DNA of 64,000 bases from Blastocladiella emersonii ATCC 22665 (taxonomy: Eukaryota > Fungi > Blastocladiomycota): assembly GCA_025594325.1 (NCBI GenBank), contig JANHCV010000017.1, positions 310,001 to 374,000 of the forward strand. Reading direction: 5' to 3'. The notes beneath the pieces are model-generated. The model saw only the letters and a list, made by a program, of their open reading frames with translations. It made no database searches and had not been told where the DNA came from. This document shows positions 34,288 to 47,958 of the stretch, piece by piece (positions within the stretch are counted from its first letter, which is position 1; every line of letters starts with the position of its first letter). The position numbers and the translations under genes are program-made.

Positions 34288-37200
34288 CGCCAGATACCCA
34301 AATCTACGACCACGTTGCGCACACTCCACTAGCCAACTCTTCGATCCCCTAATTATGGAGCCCGTCGTCAAAGTCCACGGTCCAATCAACGAGGTAAACA
34401 GCGAACTTGTCAAACTGCCAACCTGCCAACCAAACACCCACGCCGCTTCTCAAGCCACGGTGGGCCCGCGCATTTGCGTTGCCGTCCCAGCCAACGAAGG
34501 AATGACTGATGAGCCCTGGTAGCCTGCTAGACTGACAGCCTGACAGCGCCCGCTCAGTTGCTATTATCTATCTCGTAGGTAGTCTGGGAGGAGTTCGTTA
34601 GTCGATACGCGACCAGTCTCCTCTTGGCTGCCCGCTCTGCTGCCATCTCCAAGGCCCGCATGAAGATGGGCCAGGGAGGTTTACGAGCATTTCCTATCTC
34701 TCCTCTCTCCGTGTGAAACCATTCACCCGCGGACGGATGCGCACCACGCACCGTGCACCGCGCACCGCGCACCGCGCACCGCGCACCGTGCACCGCGCAC
34801 CGCGCACCGCGCACAGCGCACCGCGGACAGCGCCCGATGCACCACACGCTGCGCACACGGCGCCAACGGCCACGCTGGTGTCACGCACACACACTCGCAT
34901 GAACGGCAAGCAGGCAAGGCTTCCTCAACTCAACCATGATCCATCGTCCATGTCTGCTCGCTCCAACGGGTGCGCCTGCCTACCCTCCCAGTGCCATCGA
35001 TTGATTGATTCATGTCCAGTGCTGCCCATGCTTTCATGGCCGCGGGGTCCGTCAGAACGCCTTGCAATGCGTGCGCCTGCATGCACCTGCACTGCAGAGC
35101 GCTGCAGAGGGCTGCACAGCGCTGCGGAGGGCTGCAGAGGGCTAAGGCGGCAGGGCTTCTCCTCCTGCAGGGGACAGTACCAAGGCCAAGGAGTGCTAGT
35201 GACTACTAACGGAATGGTGATTGGCCCCCTTCACACGCTCCTGGCAGGACTGCGTGTGGGCGTGCGGGCGTTTGTGCGTGCGTGCCTTGATTCGTCCACC
35301 ATCATACGCGCAAAGTGACCAAGTGACCAAGTGACCAAGTGACCAAGGTGACCAAGGTGACCAAGGTGACCAAGTGACACACAAGCACCAAGCTAGGGTG
35401 GCCGGGCGGCCATGGAACGTACTGCATGGGAACCATTACCGTGGACTGGCCGCGGCCATTTATCGCAGCACAGCCCTGCCTGGCTCAGGACGCGGCGGGC
35501 GTGGGAGGCAGGCAGGGTAGATCGGTAGCAGCAGCAGGACCTGGCTAGCTGGCTGTCAAACAACACAAGTGAAGGGGTGCGTGAGGGAGGGTGTGTTGAA
35601 TGAATGGATGGGTGGATGCAGGCAGAGAGAGACCTTCATACGTGTCGTGGGTGATGAGGATTGGTTGGCCACCATCCACCAACGCCATGGCATGGCTGCG
35701 GGTGTCGCTGCGTGCGCCTTGGCGGGTGGTGTTGGTGGGTGGGTGGTCTTGGTGGGTGCTGTGGTGGTAGTGGAGCTAGAGTGGTGCCGTGGGGCTCTTG
35801 GGGTCCCCTTTCCTTCCTGTCTGGCCTAGGTGGGTCGGCGGACGCAGCGCGCATGCGGGCAAGGTAACAACATTGCTCACGCAATGGATCATGTATTTTA
35901 TGGCAAGTAGTCTGCGAAGCAGAGACGGGGATGTCCGGCCCAATCGGACCCTCCACGGATCACAATATGCACGCAATGAATTGACTGATGATAGGGATGT
36001 ACCAAACCAGCCACGTAGACAATTGTCGTGGTTGTCGAACAAAACCATATTCAAATCTTTGGCAACGCGCCTGTCCAGCTAGCCAGGGACCCATGAATCA
36101 CAGTATCGACCCAACAAGATATTAGACCATGGTAATATAGTAAACCAACCTCGTACATAATTGTCATGGTACTCAAACAAAACCATATTCAAGTCTTTGC
36201 TTTCCCGCATATCCAGCTGGCCAGGGACCCATAAATCACAGTATCGAACGAACAAGATATCTTACCATGGAAATATAGTTAACCAGCCACGCGGACAATT
36301 GTCATGGTACTCAATCGAGACCACATTCAAGTCTTTGCTCTCCCGCATGTCAAGCTGGTTGAAGGCCCATTAATCACAGTATCGACCCAACAAGATATTT
36401 GACCATGGAAACATAGTAAACCAGCCACGCGGATAATTGTCATGGTACTCAATCAAAACCATATTCATATTTTTGCTTCCCCGTATGTCAAGCTGGTTGA
36501 AGACCCATAACTCACAGTATCGACCCAACAAGATATTTGACCATGGAAACATAGTAAACCAGCCACGCGGATAATTGTCATGGTACTCAATCAAAACCAT
36601 ATTCATATTTTTGCTTCCCCGCATGTCAAGCTGGTTGAAGACCCATAAATCACAGTATCGAACCAACAAAATATCTGACCATGGAAATATAGTTAACCAG
36701 CCACGCGGACAATTGTCATGGTACTCAATCGAAACCACATTCAAGTCTTTGCTCTCCCGCATGTCAAGCTGGTTGAAGGCCCATTAATCACAGTATCGAC
36801 CCAACAAGATATTTGACCATGGAAACATAGTAAACCAGCCACGCGGATAATTGTCATGGTACTCAATCAAAACCATATTCAAGTCTTTGCTTTCCCGCAC
36901 GTCCAGCTGGTTGAAGGCCCATAAATCACAGTATCGACCCAACAAAGTATCTGACAACCGAAATATAGCAGACAATCCACGCAGACAATTGTCATGCCAC
37001 CTAATCAAAACCATATTCAAGTCTTTGCTTTCCCACATGTCAAGCTGGTTGAAGGCCCATAAATCACAGTATCGAACCAACGAAATATCTGACCATGGAA
37101 ATATAGTAAAGCAGCCACGCAGATAATTGTCATGGTACTCAATCAAAACCATATTCAAGTCTTTGCTTTCCCGCACGTCCAGCTGGTTGAAGGCCCATAA

Positions 37201-37338
37201 ATCACAGTATCGAACGAACAAGATATCTTACCATGGAAATATAGTTAACCAGCCACGCAAATGATTGTCATGCCACTTAATCAAAACCATACTCAAATGG
37301 TCGATTACCCTCACGTCCAAGCGGCCAAGGACCCAAAC
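34288..37338. repeat. Monomer 13 (3051 bp): 10 x 138 bp (35959-37338)
   Basis: -18 (two 9-mers lost); A allele; private C>T at 34624. Confidence 0.97.
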
Positions 37339-39889
37339 CGCCAGATACCCAAATCTACGACCACGTTGCGCACACTCCACTAGCCAACTCTTCGATCCCC
37401 TAATTATGGAGCCCGTCGTCAAAGTCCACGGTCCAATCAACGAGGTAAACAGCGAACTTGTCAAACTGCCAACCTGCCAACCAAACACCCACGCCGCTTC
37501 TCAAGCCACGGTGGGCCCGCGCATTTGCGTTGCCGTCCCAGCCAACGAAGGAATGACTGATGAGCCCTGGTAGCCTGCTAGACTGACAGCCTGACAGCGC
37601 CCGCTCAGTTGCTATTATCTATCTCGTAGGTAGTCTGGGAGGAGTTCGTTAGTCGATACGCGACCAGTCTCCTCCTGGCTGCCCGCTCTGCTGCCATCTC
37701 CAAGGCCCGCATGAAGATGGGCCAGGGAGGTTTACGAGCATTTCCTATCTCTCCTCTCTCCGTGTGAAACCATTCACCCGCGGACGGATGCGCACCACGC
37801 ACCGTGCACCGCGCACCGCGCACCGCGCACCGCGCACCGTGCACCGCGCACCGCGCACCGCGCACAGCGCACCGCGGACAGCGCACCGCGGACAGCGCCC
37901 GATGCACCACACGCTGCGCACACGGCGCCAACGGCCACGCTGGTGTCACGCACACACACTCGCATGAACGGCAAGCAGGCAAGGCTTCCTCAACTCAACC
38001 ATGATCCATCGTCCATGTCTGCTCGCTCCAACGGGTGCGCCTGCCTACCCTCCCAGTGCCATCGATTGATTGATTCATGTCCAGTGCTGCCCATGCTTTC
38101 ATGGCCGCGGGGTCCGTCAGAACGCCTTGCAATGCGTGCGCCTGCATGCACCTGCACTGCAGAGCGCTGCAGAGGGCTGCACAGCGCTGCGGAGGGCTGC
38201 ACAGCGCTGCGGAGGGCTGCAGAGGGCTAAGGCGGCAGGGCTTCTCCTCCTGCAGGGGACAGTACCAAGGCCAAGGAGTGCTAGTGACTACTAACGGAAT
38301 GGTGATTGGCCCCCTTCACACGCTCCTGGCAGGACTGCGTGTGGGCGTGCGGGCGTTTGTGCGTGCGTGCCTTGATTCGTCCACCATCATACGCGCAAAG
38401 TGACCAAGTGACCAAGTGACCAAGTGACCAAGGTGACCAAGGTGACCAAGGTGACCAAGGTGACCAAGGTGACCAAGTGACACACAAGCACCAAGCTAGG
38501 GTGGCCGGGCGGCCATGGAACGTACTGCATGGGAACCATTACCGTGGACTGGCCGCGGCCATTTATCGCAGCACAGCCCTGCCTGGCTCAGGACGCGGCG
38601 GGCGTGGGAGGCAGGCAGGGTAGATCGGTAGCAGCAGCAGGACCTGGCTAGCTGGCTGTCAAACAACACAAGTGAAGGGGTGCGTGAGGGAGGGTGTGTT
38701 GAATGAATGGATGGGTGGATGCAGGCAGAGAGAGACCTTCGTACGTGTCGTGGGTGATGAGGATTGGTTGGCCACCATCCACCAACGCCATGGCATGGCT
38801 GCGGGTGTCGCTGCGTGCGCCTTGGCGGGTGGTGTTGGTGGGTGGGTGGTCTTGGTGGGTGCTGTGGTGGTAGTGGAGCTAGAGTGGTGCCGTGGGGCTC
38901 TTGGGGTCCCCTTTCCTTCCTGTCTGGCCTAGGTGGGTCGGCGGACGCAGCGCGCATGCGGGCAAGGTAACAACATTGCTCACGCAATGGATCATGTATT
39001 TTATGGCAAGTAGTCTGCGAAGCAGAGACGGGGATGTCCGGCCCAATCGGACCCTCCACGGATCACAATATGCACGCAATGAATTGACTGATGATAGGGA
39101 TGTACCAAACCAGCCACGTAGACAATTGTCGTGGTTGTCGAACAAAACCATATTCAAATCTTTGGCAACGCGCCTGTCCAGCTAGCCAGGGACCCATGAA
39201 TCACAGTATCGACCCAACAAGATATTAGACCATGGTAATATAGTAAACCAACCTCGTACATAATTGTCATGGTACTCAAACAAAACCATATTCAAGTCTT
39301 TGCTTTCCCGCATATCCAGCTGGCCAGGGACCCATAAATCACAGTATCGAACGAACAAGATATCTTACCATGGAAATATAGTTAACCAGCCACGCGGACA
39401 ATTGTCATGGTACTCAAACAAAACCATATTCAAGTCTTTGCTTCCCCGTATGTCAAGCTGGTTGAAGACCCATGACTCACAGTATCGACCCAACAAGATA
39501 TTTGACCATGGAAATATAGTTAACCAGCCACGCGGACAATTGTCATGGTACTCAATCGAAACCACATTCTAGTCTTTGCTCTCCCGCATGTCAAGCTGGT
39601 TGAAGGCCCATAAATCACAGTATCGACCCAACAAGATATTTGACCATGGAAATATAGTAAACCAGCCACGCGGATAATTGTCATGGTACTCAATCAAAAC
39701 CATATTCAAGTCTTTGCTTTCCCGCACGTCCAGCTCGTTGAAGGCCCATAAATCACAGTATCGAACGAACAAGATATCTTACCATGGAAATATAGTTAAC
39801 CAGCCACGCAAATGATTGTCATGCCACTTAATCAAAACCATACTCAAATGGTCGATTACCCTCACGTCCAAGCGGCCAAGGACCCAAAC
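37339..39889. repeat. Monomer 14 (2551 bp): 6 x 138 bp (39062-39889)
   Basis: +14, +20; G allele; shares rare variants with monomer 10. Confidence 0.97.
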
Positions 39890-42578
39890 CGCCAGATACC
39901 CAAATCTACGACCACGTTGCGCACACTCCACTAGCCAACTCTTCGATCCCCTAATTATGGAGCCCGTCGTCAAAGTCCACGGTCCAATCAACGAGGTAAA
40001 CAGCGAACTTGTCAAACTGCCAACCTGCCAACCAAACACCCACGCCGCTTCTCAAGCCACGGTGGGCCCGCGCATTTGCGTTGCCGTCCCAGCCAACGAA
40101 GGAATGACTGATGAGCCCTGGTAGCCTGCTAGACTGACAGCCTGACAGCGCCCGCTCAGTTGCTATTATCTATCTCGTAGGTAGTCTGGGAGGAGTTCGT
40201 TAGTCGATACGCGACCAGTCTCCTCCTGGCTGCCCGCTCTGCTGCCATCTCCAAGGCCCGCATGAAGATGGGCCAGGGAGGTTTACGAGCATTTCCTATC
40301 TCTCCTCTCTCCGTGTGAAACCATTCACCCGCGGACGGATGCGCACCACGCACCGTGCACCGCGCACCGCGCACCGCGCACCGCGCACCGTGCACCGCGC
40401 ACCGCGCACCGCGCACAGCGCACCGCGGACAGCGCACCGCGGACAGCGCCCGATGCACCACACGCTGCGCACACGGCGCCAACGGCCACGCTGGTGTCAC
40501 GCACACACACTCGCATGAACGGCAAGCAGGCAAGGCTTCCTCAACTCAACCATGATCCATCGTCCATGTCTGCTCGCTCCAACGGGTGCGCCTGCCTACC
40601 CTCCCAGTGCCATCGATTGATTGATTCATGTCCAGTGCTGCCCATGCTTTCATGGCCGCGGGGTCCGTCAGAACGCCTTGCAATGCGTGCGCCTGCATGC
40701 ACCTGCACTGCAGAGCGCTGCAGAGGGCTGCACAGCGCTGCGGAGGGCTGCACAGCGCTGCGGAGGGCTGCAGAGGGCTAAGGCGGCAGGGCTTCTCCTC
40801 CTGCAGGGGACAGTACCAAGGCCAAGGAGTGCTAGTGACTACTAACGGAATGGTGATTGGCCCCCTTCACACGCTCCTGGCAGGACTGCGTGTGGGCGTG
40901 CGGGCGTTTGTGCGTGCGTGCCTTGATTCGTCCACCATCATACGCGCAAAGTGACCAAGTGACCAAGTGACCAAGTGACCAAGGTGACCAAGGTGACCAA
41001 GGTGACCAAGGTGACCAAGGTGACCAAGTGACACACAAGCACCAAGCTAGGGTGGCCGGGCGGCCATGGAACGTACTGCATGGGAACCATTACCGTGGAC
41101 TGGCCGCGGCCATTTATCGCAGCACAGCCCTGCCTGGCTCAGGACGCGGCGGGCGTGGGAGGCAGGCAGGGTAGATCGGTAGCAGCAGCAGGACCTGGCT
41201 AGCTGGCTGTCAAACAACACAAGTGAAGGGGTGCGTGAGGGAGGGTGTGTTGAATGAATGGATGGGTGGATGCAGGCAGAGAGAGACCTTCGTACGTGTC
41301 GTGGGTGATGAGGATTGGTTGGCCACCATCCACCAACGCCATGGCATGGCTGCGGGTGTCGCTGCGTGCGCCTTGGCGGGTGGTGTTGGTGGGTGGGTGG
41401 TCTTGGTGGGTGCTGTGGTGGTAGTGGAGCTAGAGTGGTGCCGTGGGGCTCTTGGGGTCCCCTTTCCTTCCTGTCTGGCCTAGGTGGGTCGGCGGACGCA
41501 GCGCGCATGCGGGCAAGGTAACAACATTGCTCACGCAATGGATCATGTATTTTATGGCAAGTAGTCTGCGAAGCAGAGACGGGGATGTCCGGCCCAATCG
41601 GACCCTCCACGGATCACAATATGCACGCAATGAATTGACTGATGATAGGGATGTACCAAACCAGCCACGTAGACAATTGTCGTGGTTGTCGAACAAAACC
41701 ATATTCAAATCTTTGGCAACGCGCCTGTCCAGCTAGCCAGGGACCCATGAATCACAGTATCGACCCAACAAGATATTAGACCATGGTAATATAGTAAACC
41801 AACCTCGTACATAATTGTCATGGTACTCAAACAAAACCATATTCAAGTCTTTGCTTTCCCGCATATCCAGCTGGCCAGGGACCCATAAATCACAGTATCG
41901 AACGAACAAGATATCTTACCATGGAAATATAGTTAACCAGCCACGCGGACAATTGTCATGGTACTCAATCGAGACCACATTCAAGTCTTTGCTCTCCCGC
42001 ATGTCAAGCTGGTTGAAGGCCCATTAATCACAGTATCGACCCAACAAGATATTTGACCATGGAAATATAGTAAACCAGCCACGCGGATAATTGTCATGGT
42101 ACTCAATCAAAACCATATTCAAGTCTTTGCTTTCCCGCACGTCCAGCTGGTTGAAGGCCCATAAATCACAGTATCGACCCAACAAAGTATCTGACAACCG
42201 AAATATAGCAGGCAATCCACGCAGACAATTGTCATGCCACCTAATCAAAACCATATTCAAGTCTTTGCTTTCCCACATGTCAAGCTGGTTGAAGGCCCAT
42301 AAATCACAGTATCGAACCAACGAAATATCTGACCATGGAAATATAGTAAAGCAGCCACGCAGATAATTGTCATGGTACTCAATCAAAACCATATTCAAGT
42401 CTTTGCTTTCCCGCACGTCCAGCTGGTTGAAGGCCCATAAATCACAGTATCGAACGAACAAGATATCTTACCATGGAAATATAGTTAACCAGCCACGCAA
42501 ATGATTGTCATGCCACTTAATCAAAACCATACTCAAATGGTCGATTACCCTCACGTCCAAGCGGCCAAGGACCCAAAC
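39890..42578. repeat. Monomer 15 (2689 bp): 7 x 138 bp (41613-42578)
   Basis: +14, +20; rare A>G at 42212. Confidence 0.97.
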
Positions 42579-45269
42579 CGCCAGATACCCAAATCTACGA
42601 CCACGTTGCGCACACTCCACTAGCCAACTCTTCGATCCCCTAATTATGGAGCCCGTCGTCAAAGTCCACGGTCCAATCAACGAGGTAAACAGCGAACTTG
42701 TCAAACTGCCAACCTGCCAACCAAACACCCACGCCGCTTCTCAAGCCACGGTGGGCCCGCGCATTTGCGTTGCCGTCCCAGCCAACGAAGGAATGACTGA
42801 TGAGCCCTGGTAGCCTGCTAGACTGACAGCCTGACAGCGCCCGCTCAGTTGCTATTATCTATCTCGTAGGTAGTCTGGGAGGAGTTCGTTAGTCGATACG
42901 CGACCAGTCTCCTCCTGGCTGCCCGCTCTGCTGCCATCTCCAAGGCCCGCATGAAGATGGGCCAGGGAGGTTTACGAGCATTTCCTATCTCTCCTCTCTC
43001 CGTGTGAAACCATTCACCCGCGGACGGATGCGCACCACGCACCGTGCACCGCGCACCGCGCACCGCGCACCGCGCACCGTGCACCGCGCACCGCGCACCG
43101 CGCACAGCGCACCGCGGACAGCGCCCGATGCACCACACGCTGCGCACACGGCGCCAACGGCCACGCTGGTGTCACGCACACACACTCGCATGAACGGCAA
43201 GCAGGCAAGGCTTCCTCAACTCAACCATGATCCATCGTCCATGTCTGCTCGCTCCAACGGGTGCGCCTGCCTACCCTCCCAGTGCCATCGATTGATTGAT
43301 TCATGTCCAGTGCTGCCCATGCTTTCATGGCCGCGGGGTCCGTCAGAACGCCTTGCAATGCGTGCGCCTGCATGCACCTGCACTGCAGAGCGCTGCAGAG
43401 GGCTGCACAGCGCTGCGGAGGGCTGCACAGCGCTGCGGAGGGCTGCAGAGGGCTAAGGCGGCAGGGCTTCTCCTCCTGCAGGGGACAGTACCAAGGCCAA
43501 GGAGTGCTAGTGACTACTAACGGAATGGTGATTGGCCCCCTTCACACGCTCCTGGCAGGACTGCGTGTGGGCGTGCGGGCGTTTGTGCGTGCGTGCCTTG
43601 ATTCGTCCACCATCATACGCGCAAAGTGACCAAGTGACCAAGTGACCAAGTGACCAAGTGACCAAGTGACCAAGGTGACCAAGGTGACCAAGGTGACCAA
43701 GGTGACCAAGGTGACCAAGTGACACACAAGCACCAAGCTAGGGTGGCCGGGCGGCCATGGAACGTACTGCATGGGAACCATTACCGTGGACTGGCCGCGG
43801 CCATTTATCGCAGCACAGCCCTGCCTGGCTCAGGACGCGGCGGGCGTGGGAGGCAGGCAGGGTAGATCGGTAGCAGCAGCAGGACCTGGCTAGCTGGCTG
43901 TCAAACAACACAAGTGAAGGGGTGCGTGAGGGAGGGTGTGTTGAATGAATGGATGGGTGGATGCAGGCAGAGAGAGACCTTCGTACGTGTCGTGGGTGAT
44001 GAGGATTGGTTGGCCACCATCCACCAACGCCATGGCATGGCTGCGGGTGTCGCTGCGTGCGCCTTGGCGGGTGGTGTTGGTGGGTGGGTGGTCTTGGTGG
44101 GTGCTGTGGTGGTAGTGGAGCTAGAGTGGTGCCGTGGGGCTCTTGGGGTCCCCTTTCCTTCCTGTCTGGCCTAGGTGGGTCGGCGGACGCAGCGCGCATG
44201 CGGGCAAGGTAACAACATTGCTCACGCAATGGATCATGTATTTTATGGCAAGTAGTCTGCGAAGCAGAGACGGGGATGTCCGGCCCAATCGGACCCTCCA
44301 CGGATCACAATATGCACGCAATGAATTGACTGATGATAGGGATGTACCAAACCAGCCACGTAGACAATTGTCGTGGTTGTCGAACAAAACCATATTCAAA
44401 TCTTTGGCAACGCGCCTGTCCAGCTAGCCAGGGACCCATGAATCACAGTATCGACCCAACAAGATATTAGACCATGGTAATATAGTAAACCAACCTCGTA
44501 CATAATTGTCATGGTACTCAAACAAAACCATATTCAAGTCTTTGCTTTCCCGCATATCCAGCTGGCCAGGGACCCATAAATCACAGTATCGAACGAACAA
44601 GATATCTTACCATGGAAATATAGTTAACCAGCCACGCGGACAATTGTCATGGTACTCAATCGAGACCACATTCAAGTCTTTGCTCTCCCGCATGTCAAGC
44701 TGGTTGAAGGCCCATTAATCACAGTATCGACCCAACAAGATATTTGACCATGGAAACATAGTAAACCAGCCACGCGGATAATTGTCATGGTACTCAATCA
44801 AAACCATATTCATATTTTTGCTTCCCCGTATGTCAAGCTGGTTGAAGACCCATGACTCACAGTATCGACCCAACAAGATATTTGACCATGGAAATATAGT
44901 TAACCAGCCACGCGGACAATTGTCATGGTACTCAATCGAAACCACATTCAAGTCTTTGCTCTCCCGCATGTCAAGCTGGTTGAAGGCCCATAAATCACAG
45001 TATCGACCCAACAAGATATTTGACCATGGAAATATAGTAAACCAGCCACGCGGATAATTGTCATGGTACTCAATCAAAACCATATTCAAGTCTTTGCTTT
45101 CCCGCACGTCCAGCTGGTTGAAGGCCCATAAATCACAGTATCGAACGAACAAGATATCTTACCATGGAAATATAGTTAACCAGCCACGCAAATGATTGTC
45201 ATGCCACTTAATCAAAACCATACTCAAATGGTCGATTACCCTCACGTCCAAGCGGCCAAGGACCCAAAC
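42579..45269. repeat. Monomer 16 (2691 bp): 7 x 138 bp (44304-45269)
   Basis: +20, +16; CATGACTCAC variant at 44851. Confidence 0.97.
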
Positions 45270-47958
45270 CGCCAGATACCCAAATCTACGACCACGTTGC
45301 GCACACTCCACTAGCCAACTCTTCGATCCCCTAATTATGGAGCCCGTCGTCAAAGTCCACGGTCCAATCAACGAGGTAAACAGCGAACTTGTCAAACTGC
45401 CAACCTGCCAACCAAACACCCACGCCGCTTCTCAAGCCACGGTGGGCCCGCGCATTTGCGTTGCCGTCCCAGCCAACGAAGGAATGACTGATGAGCCCTG
45501 GTAGCCTGCTAGACTGACAGCCTGACAGCGCCCGCTCAGTTGCTATTATCTATCTCGTAGGTAGTCTGGGAGGAGTTCGTTAGTCGATACGCGACCAGTC
45601 TCCTCCTGGCTGCCCGCTCTGCTGCCATCTCCAAGGCCCGCATGAAGATGGGCCAGGGAGGTTTACGAGCATTTCCTATCTCTCCTCTCTCCGTGTGAAA
45701 CCATTCACCCGCGGACGGATGCGCACCACGCACCGTGCACCGCGCACCGCGCACCGCGCACCGCGCACCGTGCACCGCGCACCGCGCACCGCGCACAGCG
45801 CACCGCGGACAGCGCACCGCGGACAGCGCCCGATGCACCACACGCTGCGCACACGGCGCCAACGGCCACGCTGGTGTCACGCACACACACTCGCATGAAC
45901 GGCAAGCAGGCAAGGCTTCCTCAACTCAACCATGATCCATCGTCCATGTCTGCTCGCTCCAACGGGTGCGCCTGCCTACCCTCCCAGTGCCATCGATTGA
46001 TTGATTCATGTCCAGTGCTGCCCATGCTTTCATGGCCGCGGGGTCCGTCAGAACGCCTTGCAATGCGTGCGCCTGCATGCACCTGCACTGCAGAGCGCTG
46101 CAGAGGGCTGCACAGCGCTGCGGAGGGCTGCACAGCGCTGCGGAGGGCTGCAGAGGGCTAAGGCGGCAGGGCTTCTCCTCCTGCAGGGGACAGTACCAAG
46201 GCCAAGGAGTGCTAGTGACTACTAACGGAATGGTGATTGGCCCCCTTCACACGCTCCTGGCAGGACTGCGTGTGGGCGTGCGGGCGTTTGTGCGTGCGTG
46301 CCTTGATTCGTCCACCATCATACGCGCAAAGTGACCAAGTGACCAAGTGACCAAGTGACCAAGGTGACCAAGGTGACCAAGGTGACCAAGGTGACCAAGG
46401 TGACCAAGTGACACACAAGCACCAAGCTAGGGTGGCCGGGCGGCCATGGAACGTACTGCATGGGAACCATTACCGTGGACTGGCCGCGGCCATTTATCGC
46501 AGCACAGCCCTGCCTGGCTCAGGACGCGGCGGGCGTGGGAGGCAGGCAGGGTAGATCGGTAGCAGCAGCAGGACCTGGCTAGCTGGCTGTCAAACAACAC
46601 AAGTGAAGGGGTGCGTGAGGGAGGGTGTGTTGAATGAATGGATGGGTGGATGCAGGCAGAGAGAGACCTTCGTACGTGTCGTGGGTGATGAGGATTGGTT
46701 GGCCACCATCCACCAACGCCATGGCATGGCTGCGGGTGTCGCTGCGTGCGCCTTGGCGGGTGGTGTTGGTGGGTGGGTGGTCTTGGTGGGTGCTGTGGTG
46801 GTAGTGGAGCTAGAGTGGTGCCGTGGGGCTCTTGGGGTCCCCTTTCCTTCCTGTCTGGCCTAGGTGGGTCGGCGGACGCAGCGCGCATGCGGGCAAGGTA
46901 ACAACATTGCTCACGCAATGGATCATGTATTTTATGGCAAGTAGTCTGCGAAGCAGAGACGGGGATGTCCGGCCCAATCGGACCCTCCACGGATCACAAT
47001 ATGCACGCAATGAATTGACTGATGATAGGGATGTACCAAACCAGCCACGTAGACAATTGTCGTGGTTGTCGAACAAAACCATATTCAAATCTTTGGCAAC
47101 GCGCCTGTCCAGCTAGCCAGGGACCCATGAATCACAGTATCGACCCAACAAGATATTAGACCATGGTAATATAGTAAACCAACCTCGTACATAATTGTCA
47201 TGGTACTCAAACAAAACCATATTCAAGTCTTTGCTTTCCCGCATATCCAGCTGGCCAGGGACCCATAAATCACAGTATCGAACGAACAAGATATCTTACC
47301 ATGGAAATATAGTTAACCAGCCACGCGGACAATTGTCATGGTACTCAATCGAGACCACATTCAAGTCTTTGCTCTCCCGCATGTCAAGCTGGTTGAAGGC
47401 CCATTAATCACAGTATCGACCCAACAAGATATTTGACCATGGAAATATAGTAAACCAGCCACGCGGATAATTGTCATGGTACTCAATCAAAACCATATTC
47501 AAGTCTTTGCTTTCCCGCACGTCCAGCTGGTTGAAGGCCCATAAATCACAGTATCGACCCAACAAAGTATCTGACAACCGAAATATAGCAGGCAATCCAC
47601 GCAGACAATTGTCATGCCACCTAATCAAAACCATATTCAAGTCTTTGCTTTCCCACATGTCAAGCTGGTTGAAGGCCCATAAATCACAGTATCGAACCAA
47701 CGAAATATCTGACCATGGAAATATAGTAAAGCAGCCACGCAGATAATTGTCATGGTACTCAATCAAAACCATATTCAAGTCTTTGCTTTCCCGCACGTCC
47801 AGCTGGTTGAAGGCCCATAAATCACAGTATCGAACGAACAAGATATCTTACCATGGAAATATAGTTAACCAGCCACGCAAATGATTGTCATGCCACTTAA
47901 TCAAAACCATACTCAAATGGTCGATTACCCTCACGTCCAAGCGGCCAAGGACCCAAAC
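45270..47958. repeat. Monomer 17 (2689 bp): 7 x 138 bp (46993-47958)
   Basis: +14, +20; rare A>G at 47592, shared with monomer 15. Confidence 0.97.
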
